The notes under the pieces are model-generated. The model was not told the DNA's origin and searched no databases. It was given only the letters and a program-made list of their open reading frames with translations. From positions 62,001-126,000 of the IMG/VR virus record IMGVR_UViG_3300028883_000032: a stretch of 64,000 nt of DNA. The stretch is one strand, 5' to 3'. Both the position numbers and the translations under genes were made by a program. Within the stretch, counting starts at the first letter, position 1; every line of letters begins with the position of its first letter. Positions 9,303-17,946 of the stretch are shown piece after piece.

Positions 9303-9944
9303 ATGCTATTAGATGCGTTAACAAAACTAGAATCTTGCAATTTACGTGACCTAACAAGATCATTAAGACATGATGGTCTGTGTAGAATATATGAGAGCTT
9401 ACCAGCATCGAAATGGGTTAACATTTTTAACCTAGATGGAGAAGTACAAAGCGGTTTATACAACGAAGTAAGATTGTACAATTTGAAAAGCAAGAGTTTT
9501 AAGCACGGAGAGTTCCTGCAATACCGCCTTTCTGCGACATTTTTAAAAAATAATTTAGATGAGGTGTTGTCTGAATGTATAATAAAAGCTCTTGAAGCCT
9601 GTTCATGTATATCAAAATTCAATTTAAATATAAAACACACTGTAAACAATGATGATTATGAAATGTTGGGGCATGAATTCCATAACCGGAATTTTCGAAC
9701 AGTTCTTACAAGTCCCGATCGACAACATTTAATAAATAGCTGGACTTATGATCTTGGGATGAAGGTATACACTAGTGGGAAACTACAGTTTGGCACCATG
9801 TACCTATTAACTCCAACCGCTATTAAGGCCTATTCTATTAATGGCCCACAAATTAACCGCGATAATGATAGATTTTGGGCAAATTACCACATGGGAGCAA
9901 ACGTGGATGCTTTGCAAGTTACTAAACTAAAATTTAACGAATAG
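9303..9944 (+). CDS. Divergent, shortened paralog of the major capsid protein
   Basis: Collinear with 26366-27343: RSLRHDGLCRI/RSVNHDQLVKV, NSWTYDLG/NGWTYTTIFG, GTMYLLTP/GTMYGFTP. Confidence 0.7.
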   Translation: MLLDALTKLESCNLRDLTRSLRHDGLCRIYESLPASKWVNIFNLDGEVQSGLYNEVRLYNLKSKSFKHGEFLQYRLSATFLKNNLDEVLSECIIKALEACSCISKFNLNIKHTVNNDDYEMLGHEFHNRNFRTVLTSPDRQHLINSWTYDLGMKVYTSGKLQFGTMYLLTPTAIKAYSINGPQINRDNDRFWANYHMGANVDALQVTKLKFNE

Positions 9945-9949
9945 AACTC

Positions 9950-10150
9950 ATGGAAAATAATATGCCATTACATAAAAAAGTAGACTGTGGGAAATGTCCA
10001 GTTTGTGGAAGCAAACTCAAAATAGAGGCGACTAGAGTCCCGGGAGTAAATGTAAGAATGGGAAGCCGATTTTTTGGTACATGGCGAGATCAAATATACT
10101 GCGAGCAATGCCAGATAATTTTTAGAGACAAACCAAGAACTAATAAGTGA
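9950..10150 (+). CDS. small zinc-ribbon protein
   Basis: CPVC..CEQC. Confidence 0.65.
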   Translation: MENNMPLHKKVDCGKCPVCGSKLKIEATRVPGVNVRMGSRFFGTWRDQIYCEQCQIIFRDKPRTNK

Positions 10151-10788
10151 ACGTAATGATCATTGGGCCAATGGCCAGCGGTAAAACATCCGCGGCGAAC
10201 CATCTTGTAGAAAAATTTGGGTTTAAGTGTATATCATTAGCTGGCCCAATAAAAGACATGGAAAGTAAAATAGACAATGCAGTAGGTATAGCTGATTTTA
10301 CTGACATAATATTTCCCCACTTCTCTGGAATTAGAGAATTCGGAGATTCCCACATCTCCAAAATGGTTAAGGTTCTACAAGAAGCGAAAGAAATAGAAAG
10401 AGAAGAGCCGAAACCACGTAAAAGGCTGCAATTCATCGGAACTGAAGGTGGGCGCCAAAGAATACACCCAGACATTTGGATAAAAATACTTCGTAATACC
10501 ATAAATAAATCTCCTTCAAACACCCAATGGGTTATTGATGATGTAAGATTTATAAATGAGTTTAATTCTCTTAATGACCTATTTCTACCCATAAAATTAA
10601 CAGTATCCAAAAAAGTCCAACTGCAGAGGTTGAGAAATTTATACCCTAACTTTGATGGTAGTGTATTACGACACTCGTCTGAACTGGATTTTTACAAAAT
10701 GGAAGTTGGACGAAAATACATCGTAAATGCAAATGTCCCCCTTGAACGAATGAATTTGGATATAGAAACAAAACTAGGATTAAAATGA
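10147..10788 (+). CDS. Deoxynucleoside monophosphate kinase
   Basis: GPMASGKT P-loop, RKRLQFIGTEGGR, IDDVRFINE. Confidence 0.88.
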   Translation: MNVMIIGPMASGKTSAANHLVEKFGFKCISLAGPIKDMESKIDNAVGIADFTDIIFPHFSGIREFGDSHISKMVKVLQEAKEIEREEPKPRKRLQFIGTEGGRQRIHPDIWIKILRNTINKSPSNTQWVIDDVRFINEFNSLNDLFLPIKLTVSKKVQLQRLRNLYPNFDGSVLRHSSELDFYKMEVGRKYIVNANVPLERMNLDIETKLGLK

Positions 10789-11492
10789 TACAATATTATA
10801 TAGACTGTGATGGGGTAACTTTTCATTATGTTGAACCTTTTTTGGATTTTATCAATGACTTGATGGGTAAAAAACTATACAGCGCCAAACAAATTACCCA
10901 ATATAATATCCCGTCATGCCTTGGAATGCCAGATAGAGAATTTTTTGCATATTTGAATAAATATGTGGAAAAGCAAAAATTTGCTTCCCAGCCTTTTATG
11001 GATGGGGCTATCGAGGGCATTTTTCATATTATTTCAAATACAAGAAAAACCGGCAGTGTAAACTATATTACTGTGAGACCTATTGGAGCTTACTTACAAA
11101 CTATAAAAAGCATAAGAGGTTTTTTCAAGACCCTTATTAAAAGGTTTTACAATGAGGATTTGGTACTTCCTGAAGATTTTTATAGACTGCTTTTGGGTAA
11201 CTATAATGGAACCCCAAAATGGAAAATAATAAAGGTGTTAAATGAGGGATCAAGCGCGTCTGTATTGATAGACGACAACCCAGAGTTTATCCATGAAGTT
11301 ATGGAACACTGCCCGGAAACTCTAACAATTTGGTTTAATCATAAAGGTTTTCTAAAAAACACCTGTCACGCTCATGTTAAAGTACAAAGCTGGGACGAGG
11401 TAATAGATATACTTGGAGACGACATTAAACCCGAAACAATCAATAAATTAAAGACTGCTTCGGGTTTCGGTGAACAGCTGTCTATTCTATAA
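10785..11492 (+). CDS. HAD-family 5'(3')-deoxyribonucleotidase-like protein
   Basis: IDCDGV, YITVR, LIDDNP. Confidence 0.75.
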   Translation: MIQYYIDCDGVTFHYVEPFLDFINDLMGKKLYSAKQITQYNIPSCLGMPDREFFAYLNKYVEKQKFASQPFMDGAIEGIFHIISNTRKTGSVNYITVRPIGAYLQTIKSIRGFFKTLIKRFYNEDLVLPEDFYRLLLGNYNGTPKWKIIKVLNEGSSASVLIDDNPEFIHEVMEHCPETLTIWFNHKGFLKNTCHAHVKVQSWDEVIDILGDDIKPETINKLKTASGFGEQLSIL

Positions 11493-11493
11493 A

Positions 11494-11520
11494 ATACCCC
11501 TCGTTGAGGGGTATTTTTTT
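11494..11520. terminator. Bidirectional intrinsic terminator between convergent modules
   Basis: ATACCCCTC-GTT-GAGGGGTAT flanked by A and T tracts. Confidence 0.85.
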
Positions 11521-12148
11521 AGCCTGAAATGACTCCCATACTACAAGCCAATAAACCTACATTCTCCACAAGAACAGTCCTATCAGATGCGAAGGATATG
11601 TTATGTTGATAAACATATGCATCTTCAAGATAAAAAGCTCCCATAAAGTTATATTCCCCATCAAACAGAGCAAACATTATGTCCGTTGGTTTGTTTAGGA
11701 ATTCCGAAGCCAAGTTAATGATGAATGTTTTATTCCCATCAAATGTAAATCCAAAATTCGGGTATTCGCCAAAATCTAGAGTTGTCTCGAGTTCATCGGG
11801 ACCTATAGGATAAAGAGAACCTATTAAGGAGTCCCCGTCAATTAACAACCTCCCCAAATTTGCATTTATTATTGTTCTTCCGGGAATTATATAAGACTGG
11901 TAAGAACCAAGTTCAAACAGTTGAATTAATTTCTTGTTCTGCTGTATTTGTGCTGTCTGGACGACACCAATGGCATTAAAGTCATTTATTGTAGGTGGAG
12001 TACCGATCCGTTCGCCATCTGCTGTGTGCTGTCTAGCACCGACAACTATTAACGTCGAATTTAATAAAGTTTTACCAGTTTTAATGTCAGGATTAACATG
12101 GCCACTAGAGCGGCCAACTAAGTCGCTCCAGTTGGCTACGGTAATCAT
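11519..12148 (-). CDS. Tail tube-like protein, paralog 2
   Basis: Paralog of 12167-12826 (AIGVVQ..QNK.L.QLFELGS..IPGRT..ANL.R..IDGDSL), downstream of sheath. Confidence 0.7.
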   Translation of the reverse strand: MITVANWSDLVGRSSGHVNPDIKTGKTLLNSTLIVVGARQHTADGERIGTPPTINDFNAIGVVQTAQIQQNKKLIQLFELGSYQSYIIPGRTIINANLGRLLIDGDSLIGSLYPIGPDELETTLDFGEYPNFGFTFDGNKTFIINLASEFLNKPTDIMFALFDGEYNFMGAFYLEDAYVYQHNISFASDRTVLVENVGLLACSMGVISG

Positions 12149-12166
12149 ATATTAGGCTCTGGTTTA

Positions 12167-12826
12167 TTATACAGATTGTACCGATTGTATAGAATTTGCC
12201 CTTAACGAACAACTTTCTAACACAACTGTTTGTTGCGAAGCCACGGAGATTTGGTGACTTTGTAGATACGCATCTTTCAAGTAAAAACCGCCCATTAATT
12301 CGTGGTCCCCATCATTAAACCAAAATGCTAAATCGATGGGATTATCAAAGAACTCTGACGCCAAGTTTATAAGGAAAGAATGTCCTTGAGGTGTATCAAA
12401 TCCAGGGTCTGAAGTCATTTGACCTGCAGTTCCAGCCGAAAATCCATTTTCATCAGTTGGGTACATTATGGCCATTAAACTATCACCATCAATCATAATA
12501 CGTGATAGGTTAGCTTGAACAACAGTTCGTCCAGGAACAAAGTATGATGCTCTTGACCCTAATTCGAATAATTGTGCTAGCTGTTTATTCTGAACTACGG
12601 AGGCATTTTGAATAACTCCGATGGCCATGAAACTTCCTGGACCATCGGTATTATCCCCCGGTACAGCCACTGACCCCACCCCGTTCTCAACTGTTACATT
12701 AACTTTACGGGCCGCAATAACAATAGTTTGAGCGGATGTAAATTGTTTGCCATTGGTTATTAAATCATCAACATGGACATCATTTTTTCCAATAACACTA
12801 GTTGTCCAATCATTTACTGTACGCAT
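12167..12826 (-). CDS. Tail tube protein
   Basis: Directly after sheath; beta-rich tube pattern (QLFELGS, YLQSHQISV). Confidence 0.75.
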   Translation of the reverse strand: MRTVNDWTTSVIGKNDVHVDDLITNGKQFTSAQTIVIAARKVNVTVENGVGSVAVPGDNTDGPGSFMAIGVIQNASVVQNKQLAQLFELGSRASYFVPGRTVVQANLSRIMIDGDSLMAIMYPTDENGFSAGTAGQMTSDPGFDTPQGHSFLINLASEFFDNPIDLAFWFNDGDHELMGGFYLKDAYLQSHQISVASQQTVVLESCSLRANSIQSVQSV

Positions 12827-12843
12827 ATTTATTTATCCTTTGG

Positions 12844-14427
12844 TTAGAAACCAACTGTAAAGCTGATTTTGTTAACAGGGAACTTTACCTCAACATCAAT
12901 ATTTGCGTATACGGTGTCATCTTCTGAGTAAAGTGTTACCAATGTAAATGAGTTGAGAACTCCTTCACGAACCAAATGCTTACCTACAGCAGTTATTGTT
13001 GTTGCCAATAGTTTCAAGAAGCTCGGACTAATAACGTTACGACCAATCAAACCGGATACAGAACTACGAAGGAATTTACCAGTATAATCCAGAGAAGCTC
13101 TAATTGAGTCCTCTTGACGCTTTGTGTCACTGCGATCTGTAGATAATTGGTGTCTTGTTACAATGGGAGCATTTTTAGTTACTTGGTACAGCCACCAAGT
13201 TCCCCCACCTGCCGCAGTATCTATCTGAGTTTCACTTAAGAAATCAGATGCATACTTAAGTCTTGCCGCACCGCTTAATGGTAAATTTGTGAGAGGCTGT
13301 TGTGGTGCAACTCCCGAACGGCGTCCAGCAGCCATTGCAGCGCCATAATAAGATGGTAATGGAATCAAAACATTGACAAAAAACTTATCACTGTCAATTA
13401 GTTGTTGGCGAACGGTTTCCGTAATTTCAGTATCTGCATATAAAATTGTACCGTCGCTAAGCGTAACACGTTCTTCCAATAAAGCGTTTAATGCCAACGA
13501 CCCATTAATATTATTTATATAGTTTGTTGTAAGTTGAGACACGTGCCATCTAACAGAAAAATATAAGGTGTCAGGGTATACCCAACGAGCACGTTCCTGT
13601 AAATTACTTATAGCCGCGGACTTTATATTTTGCATTGTCTTTGTTTTACCGCCTGAATCTACCAATGCTGCGGTTGTAGCGACATCGTCAGAATCTACCC
13701 ATGAGATGGTATTTCCGAAGAAAACTATACGCTCTTTCTTTGCCGCGGTTGCGCTCATGTTTACACAATGAGTTTGCCAAGTTCCACGTATAGTAGTATT
13801 AGTGGTGAGTGGTGCAAAGGCATAAGGTTCTGTTTGTAGTGCAAAAGCCTCCTGTGCCTCCTCGTGATCCGTGGCTGTTTGACCGTCAACACCATAGCCA
13901 TAGACTGCTTTACCAGCGTTATTTAGTGCCAGCCTTAATCCGAATGCTAGTGGGTTAAGAGGATCGATCTTACCACACCTGTTTGTCACATCATCCAAAC
14001 TTTCAAACAACACCACACTATTTACATTGGTGCGTAATTCACGCCAACCAATCAGTATTGATCCACCATCATAAGTACTTCCTAAAGAACCACTGATGGT
14101 TACATCGGTACCGTCTGGATTAACATAAAATTCTGTTGTATCCAAAGGTTTACGTGCGCCAAGAGTGCTAACAACGTCGACATAAACACTTTCTGTGTCC
14201 ACATTCGTACCATCACCAATAAGGCCCGAAAATGATACCGTAGTTCCAGTGGAATTATTGTAAGTATCTGGGTACGAATCCTTATATACAGAATCCGGAT
14301 TTTCTGTAATTTCGTGTACGTAGTAGCATTCACCAACAATCGCTGCTGGCAATAATGGAGTGTCAAGGTTAGGTGCCGCAGTCTTTTGAACGTAAGTTAC
14401 TTCGGAACCTGGTTTTGTGTAAGCCAT
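12844..14427 (-). CDS. Tail sheath protein
   Basis: MAY.KPG.EV N-terminus, HCVNMS...KERI, QPLTN, IVTRHQLSTD, VKFPVNKISFTV C-terminus. Confidence 0.88.
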   Translation of the reverse strand: MAYTKPGSEVTYVQKTAAPNLDTPLLPAAIVGECYYVHEITENPDSVYKDSYPDTYNNSTGTTVSFSGLIGDGTNVDTESVYVDVVSTLGARKPLDTTEFYVNPDGTDVTISGSLGSTYDGGSILIGWRELRTNVNSVVLFESLDDVTNRCGKIDPLNPLAFGLRLALNNAGKAVYGYGVDGQTATDHEEAQEAFALQTEPYAFAPLTTNTTIRGTWQTHCVNMSATAAKKERIVFFGNTISWVDSDDVATTAALVDSGGKTKTMQNIKSAAISNLQERARWVYPDTLYFSVRWHVSQLTTNYINNINGSLALNALLEERVTLSDGTILYADTEITETVRQQLIDSDKFFVNVLIPLPSYYGAAMAAGRRSGVAPQQPLTNLPLSGAARLKYASDFLSETQIDTAAGGGTWWLYQVTKNAPIVTRHQLSTDRSDTKRQEDSIRASLDYTGKFLRSSVSGLIGRNVISPSFLKLLATTITAVGKHLVREGVLNSFTLVTLYSEDDTVYANIDVEVKFPVNKISFTVGF

Positions 14428-14450
14428 GTCTTACTCCTATAAGTTAACTA

Positions 14451-15080
14451 TTAATAGTTTTGATATAAATTCGATTGGTGCGTTTTTGGTTTTAGGGTTT
14501 TTGATAGAGTACGAATACCTAAACTGCCTAAAGCCATACCACCGGCGGCAGCAGGTGCTAATCCCCACAAAGCGGCTTCGCTTAGAGCTTTTTTAGGAGA
14601 ATCTCCAGATGCTAAACTCATTCCTCCCCATGCAGCACCGCTTATAGCACTTGCTGAAGTTAGCGGACTTCGTAATAAACCAAGAGCCGATCTTTGACGT
14701 ACCATCTTGGTTTTCGGGTTTACTTTATATTTTAAACCTAAAGCTTCATTTTTAAACCAATTACCTACGCCTTTGTCTTGCATATATTTTAGGTGACCAG
14801 CAGTTTCTCCTGCCCATGCCCTTGGATTAAACATCCCTTTAAACCCAATACCCTCACTCACCGCACCTTTTAATTTTACACCGGTATCTTTATATCCCCA
14901 AATACCTATACTTGGTGAGCGGCGTTTAAGTTGGTTACTAACACCTAAAAAATTATGTCGTTCGTATCCAGATGCCAATCTATTTATAATAGACCCAGAT
15001 TGTTTGCCGCGTACTAAAAATCTCCCCAAACTTTGTACAAGGCCCGCCTCTTTTTCTATACTAAAATAAGGTTTTTGCAT
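14451..15080 (-). CDS. Basic Gly/Ala-rich putative virion protein
   Basis: EKEAG near N-terminus; C-terminal glycine-zipper hydrophobic helices. Confidence 0.55.
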   Translation of the reverse strand: MQKPYFSIEKEAGLVQSLGRFLVRGKQSGSIINRLASGYERHNFLGVSNQLKRRSPSIGIWGYKDTGVKLKGAVSEGIGFKGMFNPRAWAGETAGHLKYMQDKGVGNWFKNEALGLKYKVNPKTKMVRQRSALGLLRSPLTSASAISGAAWGGMSLASGDSPKKALSEAALWGLAPAAAGGMALGSLGIRTLSKTLKPKTHQSNLYQNY

Positions 15081-16141
15081 TAATCAAAACTCGCTTCATT
15101 AGTAGTAGTTAGATCAAAAATAACATCGGCCAACACGTAGTATCCGTATATACCTCCCGGCAGAGCAAATTCAGTTTCTATACCATCAACGTCTAAAGTT
15201 GCAATAGTTTCATCTAGAGTTGTTGCATTAGTATAAGTAACTGACCAAGTTACCGTACCATTGGGAACGTACCCTCTTGTTTTGAAGCTGGCACTTTGTC
15301 CGGGTTTTGGCTCTGTACCGTCATCTGGGCCTGTGGTACTTACTAAACCACTAACCATAAAATATTCTGGAACCGGGGCAGTAGTAAATTCTAATAGTCC
15401 TGATGAATTTACTTCGTAGTCCTCGGTCTCTACAAGCGTTACCGTAAATTCTTGTTCGGTTCCAGTATCCACCCAACCACCAACTGTGTTCTGCCCTTCA
15501 ATATAGGACCACACGTTGTTTATATCCTGATCTTCAGGAAGGTGGTTAGCTGTATAACTTACAACTATTTTATTTTGTTTTGGCATTTTTTCGAGGCCAA
15601 TTTGCATCGAAAAATCTACCTGAATGGGTACTGCGACAAAAACTTCGCGTTCTCTATTGTGCAGTCGTGTTTCTTCGCCTACATTGATATTATGTATTTG
15701 ATGAACACCTGCTCTCCTAAACTCCTCTTTGAAAGAAGTAAGAGCATTTGATACTATATTAGCTAGTTCTTCTGCTTCTAATCCGTTTTGGGATATACAT
15801 GTAAGAGTAACAGAAGTTCTAATTAAATCAGTATAAGTTTTGTTATTAGTCTCCATGTTAAATGAAGCAAGCTGATTAATACAGGTCTGCATTAGTTGCA
15901 TTGGGCCACGTGATAATATAATGGCCGGTCTTGGGTCCATGTGACCAGTATTATACGAAAACTTATCTAATATAATTAGCGGGGTATTTGTAAAGTCCGA
16001 TCTCCAATAAAATCTTGGCTCTATTGATTCATAAGTACTAAACCAAGATTGCATAAAAGATAGAAATATCTTCTTTGCCTTTAATGAATAATTGCCTATT
16101 ACGCCTGCAAAGTAAGCAGGATTTTTGTTTATGGTGCTCAT
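15080..16141 (-). CDS. Putative tail terminator/completion protein with C-terminal Ig-like extension
   Basis: RPAIILSRG..YTDLIRTSVTLTCIS.NGLEAEELANIV; position next to sheath. Confidence 0.55.
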   Translation of the reverse strand: MSTINKNPAYFAGVIGNYSLKAKKIFLSFMQSWFSTYESIEPRFYWRSDFTNTPLIILDKFSYNTGHMDPRPAIILSRGPMQLMQTCINQLASFNMETNNKTYTDLIRTSVTLTCISQNGLEAEELANIVSNALTSFKEEFRRAGVHQIHNINVGEETRLHNREREVFVAVPIQVDFSMQIGLEKMPKQNKIVVSYTANHLPEDQDINNVWSYIEGQNTVGGWVDTGTEQEFTVTLVETEDYEVNSSGLLEFTTAPVPEYFMVSGLVSTTGPDDGTEPKPGQSASFKTRGYVPNGTVTWSVTYTNATTLDETIATLDVDGIETEFALPGGIYGYYVLADVIFDLTTTNEASFD

Positions 16142-16329
16142 AAAGCTTTCTCAATGGGAACTGTTTCTCCATTCAAACTCTTTGGTACTAGATTTAAATA
16201 ATCGTCAACGAATGAAGTCACCTCCTCCACAGGAGCATTTGGGTATTCTTCGATAAGCTTATTCTTCGCACCTATCCTTAAATTAATTTCTGTGCCAAAA
16301 ATGTTGATATTAAATTCTTTTATACGCAT
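16138..16329 (-). CDS. hypothetical protein
   Basis: First ORF after - strand promoter at 16343-16371. Confidence 0.6.
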   Translation of the reverse strand: MRIKEFNINIFGTEINLRIGAKNKLIEEYPNAPVEEVTSFVDDYLNLVPKSLNGETVPIEKAL

Positions 16330-16342
16330 GGCAATCTATATC

Positions 16343-16371
16343 AATATAAACTTATTTTCAAGGTTTGTCAA
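16343..16371 (-). promoter_or_regulatory. sigma70-like promoter TTGACA-N17-TATATT (copies also at 26282-26310, 29303-29330, 36507-36535, 48602-48631, 55680-55708)
   Basis: Six intergenic copies of CTTGACW with a 16-18 nt spacer and TATATT/TATACT, all upstream of - strand genes. Confidence 0.8.
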
Positions 16372-16378
16372 GTATTAC

Positions 16379-16388
16379 GGAATAAGAA
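16379..16388 (+). promoter_or_regulatory. Conserved GGHATAAGAW box, putative phage-specific promoter (also 17130, 39993-40002 on -, 40391, 40687, 41312, 41499, 42033, 43887, 44034, 48643, 49629, 54017, 56279)
   Basis: At least 14 copies found by eye, nearly all intergenic and each at the 5' end of an accessory gene or RNA island. Confidence 0.75.
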
Positions 16389-16391
16389 AGT

Positions 16392-16760
16392 ATGGTTAAC
16401 TTACTCGGGAGACGTAACATGTTTGCAAAGCTTGAAAGAGCACTCGGCATCAGTATTCATACTGATGATCTGCTTGAAATGGTGAAGCTCATTGAAGATG
16501 TTATCAACGATTCGGGTTACAAAACCAATTACGTTTTGTGCCTTATCAAGATTGGACGATACGTTGATACGCCATACGCCAACATTCTGGCAGCTTTTCA
16601 ATCAGTGCTTGGTGCATCAGATGCAGAGTTGATGGCTTTCGGCGATCTGCAAGCTCAACTGACGAAGCACGTCAAGACTGTCGTCTTAGACGACGTCTAC
16701 CTATGCAAGTACTGCAATTATGGTCTTGAACACCCATTCCCGTTACATAATCAAAATTAA
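16392..16760 (+). CDS. hypothetical island protein (likely start 16419)
   Basis: GGGAG SD; followed by terminator ACGGGCTTAAGCCCGT-TTTT. Confidence 0.7.
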   Translation: MVNLLGRRNMFAKLERALGISIHTDDLLEMVKLIEDVINDSGYKTNYVLCLIKIGRYVDTPYANILAAFQSVLGASDAELMAFGDLQAQLTKHVKTVVLDDVYLCKYCNYGLEHPFPLHNQN

Positions 16761-16783
16761 GATTACGGGCTTAAGCCCGTTTT

Positions 16784-17116
16784 TTAGTAGTCCTGTTTAC
16801 CGTTATTGTCACGTTCTGGGATATCTTTAATTGATCCCTTGCCATGACGTTTTTCATGGTCTTTAGCCATCTTCTTTGCAATACGCGGATGTGTTGCAAA
16901 CATATAACGTTGCTGGGCTTTTGACTCAAATCCAAGCTTTTTCAAAGATGTTTTTTTCTTCTTTTTAGAATGGGATAATCCGCATTCTCCATGTTTTTTA
17001 AAGTATTCCACCTGTTGTAACCTCTTTATTGCGTGTGATCTGTGTTCATATGGTCCGCCAAGATTTTTACCCAAGCGGGAAACAACATAGTAACCATCTT
17101 TTCTTTTAACTATCAT
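16784..17116 (-). CDS. Small basic two-module virion-type protein
   Basis: MIVKRKDGYYVVS..GKNLGGPY..AIKRLQQVEYFK plus FESKAQQRYMFATHPRIAK, both motifs familiar from phage small proteins. Confidence 0.7.
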   Translation of the reverse strand: MIVKRKDGYYVVSRLGKNLGGPYEHRSHAIKRLQQVEYFKKHGECGLSHSKKKKKTSLKKLGFESKAQQRYMFATHPRIAKKMAKDHEKRHGKGSIKDIPERDNNGKQDY

Positions 17117-17167
17117 AAAGCACCTTTATGGCATAAGATTGTGTAACCTAACTTTAGGAGAAGAATT

Positions 17168-17254
17168 ATGCCTCGTGGAGACGGAACGGGTCCTGACGGA
17201 AAAGGACCACGGACGGGCAGAGGTACGGGAACGTGCCCCCCAGTAAAAAAATAA
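17168..17254 (+). CDS. DUF5320-like micro-protein (28 aa, not in ORF track)
   Basis: AGGAG SD; MPRGDGTGPDGKGPRTGRGTGTCPPVKK matches the MPxGDGTGP..GP.TGRG.G.C pattern. Confidence 0.8.
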   Translation: MPRGDGTGPDGKGPRTGRGTGTCPPVKK

Positions 17255-17263
17255 CGGTATGAC

Positions 17264-17486
17264 AGGTCCACGTGTGTTAAGTCTCAGAAGGCAGAGCTGC
17301 CCTATCCTAGGAATTGGGGTGGAGCCGTGTGCACGGGATCCGGCTTTCGAGCCTTCGCGACCCCTACGAGTAGCGAAGGACAAGGCTCGCATCAAAACGC
17401 AGTGCAAATCCACGGACACTACAGTGGACTTATCGCCCCACGTTGGGGCAACCGCCAAACAAGGTACTTCGGTGCCTTGTTTTTTT
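17264..17486 (+). ncRNA. Structured ncRNA candidate, possibly 6S-like, with terminator
   Basis: GC-rich and ORF-poor; closing stem AGGTCCAC/GTGGACTT, inner stems CGAGCC/GGCTCG and CCTTCGC/GCGAAGG, cUUCGg terminator. Confidence 0.55.
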
Positions 17487-17946
17487 ACAGCAATGTCAAT
17501 AAAATATACAGCATGAAAGCAAATATAAAACCAATACTTACTGCCCCATTAAAGTCCCAATTCAACCAATCTGCAAAACTAAACCCATTTGAATACAGTA
17601 GTTCCTGTTTCCATGCAGGCTGCTTATTACCATATATATACCAAGGTTTCCAACCATCAAATACTTCCCACAGACCTCCTATTACCCAAGATGTCAAACA
17701 TGCTACTATTGGCATTAAAGCAGTTTGCCAATTAAATAAAAACCAGAATGCAGCGACTAAAACTAAAGCAATAAATAAACTGCCGAGTAGGTGCCATTTT
17801 CCATATTTTCCAATATTGGTCTCTTTAATAAAATTCCACTTAAACCCAAACCTGTTAGTACGCACAGCGTCTGGACCTTCGGGAAGACCATCTGTTGGAT
17901 ACCCAAAAAAATCTCTTGTTTTTTTAGTAAAATACAAATCCATCAT
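17485..17946 (-). CDS. Membrane protein
   Basis: Three hydrophobic segments. Confidence 0.65.
   Translation of the reverse strand: MMDLYFTKKTRDFFGYPTDGLPEGPDAVRTNRFGFKWNFIKETNIGKYGKWHLLGSLFIALVLVAAFWFLFNWQTALMPIVACLTSWVIGGLWEVFDGWKPWYIYGNKQPAWKQELLYSNGFSFADWLNWDFNGAVSIGFIFAFMLYILLTLL

Noticed and set aside
17126-17516. ORFs 17126-17458 (-), 17259-17516 (+) and 17327-17977 (+)
   Set aside because: No SD and non-phage composition; they overlie the DUF5320 peptide, the structured RNA and a - strand membrane gene
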